The position numbers and the translations under genes are program-made. A stretch of 41,949 nucleotides of DNA from contig NW_014040450.1 of assembly GCF_001186125.1 (NCBI RefSeq), positions 81,609 through 123,557 on the forward strand. Reading direction: 5' to 3'. This document shows, one piece after another, positions 36,770-41,949 of this stretch. Under the pieces are notes generated by a model, which was not told the DNA's origin, made no database searches, and saw only the letters and a list, made by a program, of their open reading frames with translations. Each line of letters starts with the position of its first letter. Positions within the stretch are counted from its first letter, which is position 1. The DNA is from Sphaeroforma arctica JP610 (taxonomy: Eukaryota).

Positions 36770-38760
36770 ATGGGTGATTGCTTCAGCGATACAACGTCAT
36801 CACGCATAAGTGGCAACACTCCACGCAATGAGCTTCGAACGCCTTCGATGTGTTATAGACGACGCTATTGCCCAATTCTGTCTTTTCTCTATGAATGGAA
36901 ACTAGAAAAGTTCCAGAAGGAGTATACGCGATTCCCCGCGCTTCAATTTCTCGACCAGCCGAAACAAATCAAATTGATGGTAGCACTAGGAACGGAGGGA
37001 ACAAACGTCGAAGTTGAACGTTGGCTGATCGCACACTATGGAAGTGCAGCATACCCCATAAAGCTGGAGCACGACGCGGAATTGCTATAGCAAGCACGTA
37101 TAAACAAACAATCCACTACCAATCGGATCTAGCTAGATAGTGTGTACTTTCTGCGCTGTATCATTTAGACGAACAACACTTGCCAATGCGGATACCCACA
37201 CCAATGCGTCGCGATAGAGGTGACATTGTCCTTGCCCGAGCGGCAGATGGAAAAGAAGTCAACGAATCTCTTCGACTAGAAGCACCACCAAACCTCTCAA
37301 CAAACCCTGTTGATCCACGCCTTATGGTTATTTGATTACCGTCAACAGATGGATGCGGGGAACCGTGAGACAATAAGTGACAGGGATGAACCCTTGCCTT
37401 CAAACGCCCCTACCGATGCCTAAACCAGAGCAGTCTTCTACCCCTCAGCTTATTGCCGACTAATGGAGGGCATATGATGTTGGCCTTCAGCATCGTAAGG
37501 CGGACGATGCAGTTTCATTTATGCCTTAGCGCACCTCAACTGATCCTAATATGATCGATCAATGGTTGCTCTAAAGCATGGACTTGCTAGAACACTTGTC
37601 GATGGGGAGACCTTTCGTAAATGTCCCACAGCTCGGTGAAGCAGCCGCGGGGACCACGGGATGCTTTTCAGTCTAGTGGCGATGCCACCGAGTTCAATGA
37701 TAGTATTATCTGATCGGCCACAGGTCGCTGGCACACACAAACAGCTGACCGACAAAAGCACTTTTACCTGCCCCAACGGCCCTGTTGGTTTCTTATGGCG
37801 ATATATCCAGAGGTTGATGGAAGACTTTCCCAATATTTCGATATGCATGTCGGTCAGACACGCCTCTCAGTTTATTAACCTCCTTGACTGAATGGAGCAC
37901 CTCCGGAGATGCAGCGAAAGGTCTGGGTTGAAGGTTGGACATATCCAGTGACGCTGAGAAACAGGGATGTTTCAAGCCTCAAACATTGTACCCTTTAAAG
38001 CTACAACAGTTGAGTTGCGGACCCGCTCATCTCAGTTTGAGGCAAATGTTTACCAAATTTATGGACCAAATTGTACAAGCTCCGCATCGCAATGTGAACG
38101 TTCATAACTACTGCGTACTACGATATTTTAAAGAGGGGCTATTACAAACACTCGACCTGTATGAGCCTACGCACACTACGGCCTACTCCACTCGAAAGTT
38201 ATCGGCGACTGCACTTGAGCAACACATAGCCTCATCGACTAAACGCAGCCGCAGTATGTCGCCCGGCTTTACGAACTATACCTACTGTGGCAGGAGCCAG
38301 TCCGAGAATCACGATGATAGTGACCGATGATCGTGACCGGCCATCTAAAGGCTGTAGCCTGAGCACGGGTTGTGGATACCAATCGGACTCCGAACATAGG
38401 TGCGGCAATAGTCGCCAGCAATCAACTGGCAACGGCGGAACCTATCCAGACCGAGCTAGTGGTGTGACCGCAAAAGCTTCACTCCTGGGACCCACCAACC
38501 TCCGCCTGACATCTGCGACATCACAATTTTTGTGAAGCTACAGCGACCTGCATTTCCCGCTAATTGAATGCAAGCACAACATATGACTGACGAAGAGACG
38601 ACGCCCTACGCTCAGACACCACACAGTCCAACGAAAACCGACATTCTGTTGTTTTCCGACAGCAGGTAGCAATGTCAAAACTCGACCGCCAGCTGAAGTT
38701 TGCCATCACCAAACTATACGAGGGTCTTGAACGTTTCATTGAGGTCTTTGGCTCCACTGC
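36770..38760 (+). mobile_element. Heavily decayed LTR-retrotransposon-like gag/pol remnant
   Basis: Broken ORFs. A gag-like ORF starts at 36770. An RT-like fragment KSTFTCPNG...YIQRLMEDFPNISICM resembles KTAFxxPxG...FQR..VxxYMDD. The other domain matches are weak. Confidence 0.5.
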
Positions 38761-38787
38761 CAGTCTCCTTCCGTTCCAAGAAGTTTC

Positions 38788-39325
38788 TGTAAGAGTGCAA
38801 TGTAGTAGACTTTAAATGAAGTGCAAATGTATTTAAAGAGCGGTGCGTTCGAATGAATTTATTTATGATCTCACCCTCAGTTATATACTGATAGTATTTG
38901 TACGAGTGTTCAACCACTAGGGTTGGCCAGGGTAAAAACTCATATGTTCAGTATGAGAAACCTTATGCAGAACACTTTAGCACTCGGATATATTTTCTAG
39001 AAATAAATATATCATATTCTCTGTTACGCACACTCAGTCTCGGACCTCGGCTCTTGGGTAGCCGGTGGCCCGTGTCCTATAAATAGAATAATCTGAGAAG
39101 AAGTCTCAAATTACTCTTACATTCTCTTGGGCTGACCCACCTATACATATATTAATTTAAGAACAAGTCCCTAATTACTCTCGAGCTAACGACGTAAAAC
39201 ATTATTAACGTATTTAAAAATACGTCTACTCCTGTAGTCTCTCAGTTTCACTTGGTGCGGCGGCCAAAGTGTTGGGTGCAATGGCTAGCCCTGTGGTATG
39301 TAATAGAGATGACTGTACCTTAACG
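38788..39325 (-). mobile_element. Putative 3' LTR of the minus-strand gypsy element
   Basis: Ends ...CTCTTACA at 38788. It is preceded on the - strand by a PPT-like GAGGGGAGAA (39326-39335). Its last ~200 nt are an inverted, diverged copy of 41047-41222. Confidence 0.6.
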
Positions 39326-39535
39326 TTCTCCCCTCGTACAAGAGGAGAGGTTGCTTATATATTGACAGTCTTATAACCAATGATCCGGAACTTAGTCATG
39401 TGCCTTATCCGATCAAAACGCTTGATCGGGTAACCCAAATTTACGGCATATACAAATAATCTCAAATATCCAACAACCCCTATTAGGTATTCGTTCCAAG
39501 CTGAAACACTACCAGTGTGCCAGTTTCTGAGATAA

Positions 39536-39797
39536 GAAATTAGTATCCAAGCACGGGCCGGGGACACTGGCCTTTATTTTCAAAGAGCTAAGGCAGTGTG
39601 CTGGCATTTTACCTCAGAGAGCTAGACGGCTCAAAGTTAATGTTTCTAGCACATCGCCTTCTTAACCGAAATTAGTATCCAAACACGGGCCGGGGACACT
39701 GGCCTTTATCTTCAAAGAGCTAGGGCAGTGTGCTGGCATTTTACCTCAGAGAGCTAGACGGCTCAAAGTTAATGTTTCTAGCACATCGCCTTCTTAA
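39536..39797. repeat. 132-bp tandem duplication
   Basis: GAAATTAGTATCCAA.CACGGGCCGGGGACAC at 39536 and 39668. Confidence 0.95.
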
Positions 39798-39939
39798 ACT
39801 ATTCTCTGTACAAAATAAAAGCTTAATTCTGGTCGCGGCGACACATACGCGCATGTGCTGCGAGTCCTTATAGTACGTGATAATATCGTTAGTGATGACA
39901 TTCATAAAGTTTATTTCAATTTGGGGTAAACTATTATAT

Positions 39940-40600
39940 GTATCGTCAAACACTTCCGCTGTCTCCCACGCCATCGTATTTAGTATCAAAATTTACCAGT
40001 CTCGTCATTCGGTCGGCGTTTAATGATATGGCGGAGCTCTAATCCTTCTTCCTGCCACAACGCATCGTTCAGCGAGGGATCCGTACTACGACACCGCACG
40101 GGCCGAAAACGGTCGCATTTTCGACGTTCTTCTTTCAGAATTCACCATTATAATGTCCCTTTCATTAAACTGGACCAAATCGTTAGAAGGTCGAAGGATT
40201 TTGTCAGTTTGTCCGTATACTCCATCGTTAATATCGGCAATATTGTATCACATAGTACCAAAGTACACGCAAGGGTGCAATTGTGTTTACGGGTGATACG
40301 AGGGTTCTGGTACAATATTTTGAATGCTAGATGTTCATCCCATGCCTGCGGTATGGCCTCACAGCAGATGCGAATTGTGAGAGGGAAGGTAGTTCACATC
40401 TTGCCTGGAAGTTCAACAATCTTATTGGTAAATTTCGAGCCCATGTCTGTCTGCATTTTTCATGAGAATCCGTGTTCACCAAAAATCTCTACCAGAGTCA
40501 GCACCGTTGTCCGTTTCGACTTATCAGGTGTGGCGCGGAGGATCCAGTAACCGATAGCTACATCCAACACATGAAGGATGAACTTGTTCTTGTCGAGATA
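39940..40600 (-). mobile_element. Degenerate Ty3/gypsy integrase with chromodomain (chromovirus-like)
   Basis: The - strand translates to DKNKFILHVLDVAIGYWILRATPDKS...EIFGEHGFS*KMQTDMGSKFTN (rve core) and AWDEHL, then LELRHIIKRR..GKF*Y*IRW / WETAEVFDD (chromodomain-like). Stops and frameshifts are present. Confidence 0.75.
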
Positions 40601-40699
40601 TTATTGGTATGGTAATGTAATCGGCCCGAATGTGGTCCCACGGATATCATACGCTAATACTAATCGTCTGGTGGAAACCCTTTCATAAAGTGTCTTGGC

Positions 40700-41222
40700 C
40701 CAAATGAGAGACTACAGGTCTCAGGCCAGATTTTACAGCAAGAAAGCATCTTTGATTTATGGAAGTCATCAGAGTTAGCTCACTCCCGAGAGCTAAGTCA
40801 TCGGAGTTAGCTCACTCCCGAGAGCAAATCAAGTTGCTCAAATTACTCTCAAGAGTTGAGTTATTACTTAACCGACTTCCGAGAGCAGATTAAGTTTCTC
40901 AACCGATTCCCGAGAGTGAATTAAACCTGACAACCGCAACATATTAATGATAGATGCGGTTCTATGTGAGTCACAACCTATGCGGAAAGGCATCATGTGA
41001 TCAGCGTGAGATTTAGTTGCAGAGAAGTTGAAATAGAAAAGCATCGAAGTGTTTAAGTGTTCCGCATAAGGTTTCTCATACTGACCATATAAATTTTTAC
41101 CCTGGCCAGCCCAAGCGGCTGAAGACTAGCACAAACACCTTAGGTATAAAACCAAAGGTGAGGTCAGATATAAATACATACATTTGCACTTTCTTTAAAG
41201 TCTACTATATTGCACTCTAACA
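40700..41222 (+). mobile_element. Second related LTR-like sequence in opposite orientation (5' boundary uncertain)
   Basis: Shares GCATAAGGTTTCTCATACTGA, TTTTTACCCTGGCCA, TTTAAAGTCTACTA and TGAGAGACTACAGG with the - strand copy. Ends CTCTAACA. Confidence 0.6.
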
Positions 41223-41559
41223 CCAAACACTCACCACATTGTCTCGATTTCCGTGTCTAACTCCAAGTGGCTAACTGTCGCAGTTTGTGAACTGTGTCAG
41301 CCGCCCCGTGGTTGTCTGCGCGAATGCTGGCTGCCCTTCATTGCTAACCAAAACAATGAAGATTGATCGCGCTGCGTCTAAACAACCGTTTTATGGTATG
41401 GGACGTGGTTCCACATACCCGATTTGCTGTGAGTAGTTTGAATTCAATGTGAACTCAGTCTTTCTACTACCGTGTGTTCTCATGGTGACTTCCAGCACGC
41501 GTACTTGGCATATGTCAAGAATGTGTGTCGTGTTTGAGGCACTAGTACCGGCTACGACT

Positions 41560-41949
41560 GTAGTATGTGCATAAAATAAATCAAACCAAAGCACACGTGG
41601 TACCCAAGGCAGGCATAAGATTGCAAATGCCCCGTCCGCTTTGATCTTGCGGAGCATCTTGTGAATGAGCTTTCAATGTAGGCTCATGCTTCCTTGCACG
41701 AGGGACCACTCCTGGTCGAAAAAAGTTCTTCGTCCAAATCCGAGGCTGCTGAGCCTTATGTAGAGCCGCAGATACGGACATGTTATTTGGTCCGGAGATC
41801 CTTTGGGCCTGCTCGAAGTAGCTGGTAAATAATTGTCAGCAGTCTGCATATCTTTATTATCTGCCGTACCTTCATGTACTATGCTTACAATATCCGGTAG
41901 CACTTACTTTTCTGCCATCCGCCTGGTCGAAAAAAGTTATTCGTCCAAA
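41560..41949 (-). mobile_element. DIRS-like (tyrosine-recombinase retrotransposon) methyltransferase-like domain remnant
   Basis: FFDQEWS...*KLIHKMLRKIKADGAFAILCLPWVPRVLWFDL resembles the DIRS pol C-terminal motif DAF..DW...PP..LI..VLRKI..D.A..IL..P.WP...WF. There is an in-frame TGA at 41673-41675. Confidence 0.6.

Noticed and set aside
40023..40550. 175-aa plus-strand ORF
   Set aside because: It is antisense to the recognisable integrase remnant on the - strand.
38788..41222. Intact LTR retrotransposon
   Set aside because: The LTR-like copies are inverted and diverged, the coding regions have stops and deletions, and I found no PBS or TSD.

Overview
This is eukaryotic, intron-rich genomic DNA with two 20-N assembly gaps. 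The gene content and intron style resemble a unicellular holozoan such as an ichthyosporean; this assignment is inference only. Most of the window (4451-35180, +) is one TONSL (Tonsoku-like) gene with TPR, ankyrin, UBL and LRR domains. I assembled it by hand into 31 GT-AG exons with consistent phases (about 1,912 aa). Many of its introns carry their own minisatellite, often starting at or overlapping a splice site. To the left are an intronless secreted repeat protein (-) and an intron-containing, truncated ArsH-like gene (-). Just downstream of TONSL is the most notable feature: an apparently circularly permuted tRNA-Leu(UAG) gene. Its 3' half precedes its 5' half, the break is at position 37/38, the leader and trailer pair into a BHB-like structure, and a T10 terminator follows. 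A tRNA-Gly(UCC) gene lies nearby on the - strand. The right end is a nest of decayed Ty3/gypsy (chromovirus-like) and DIRS-like retroelement fragments.
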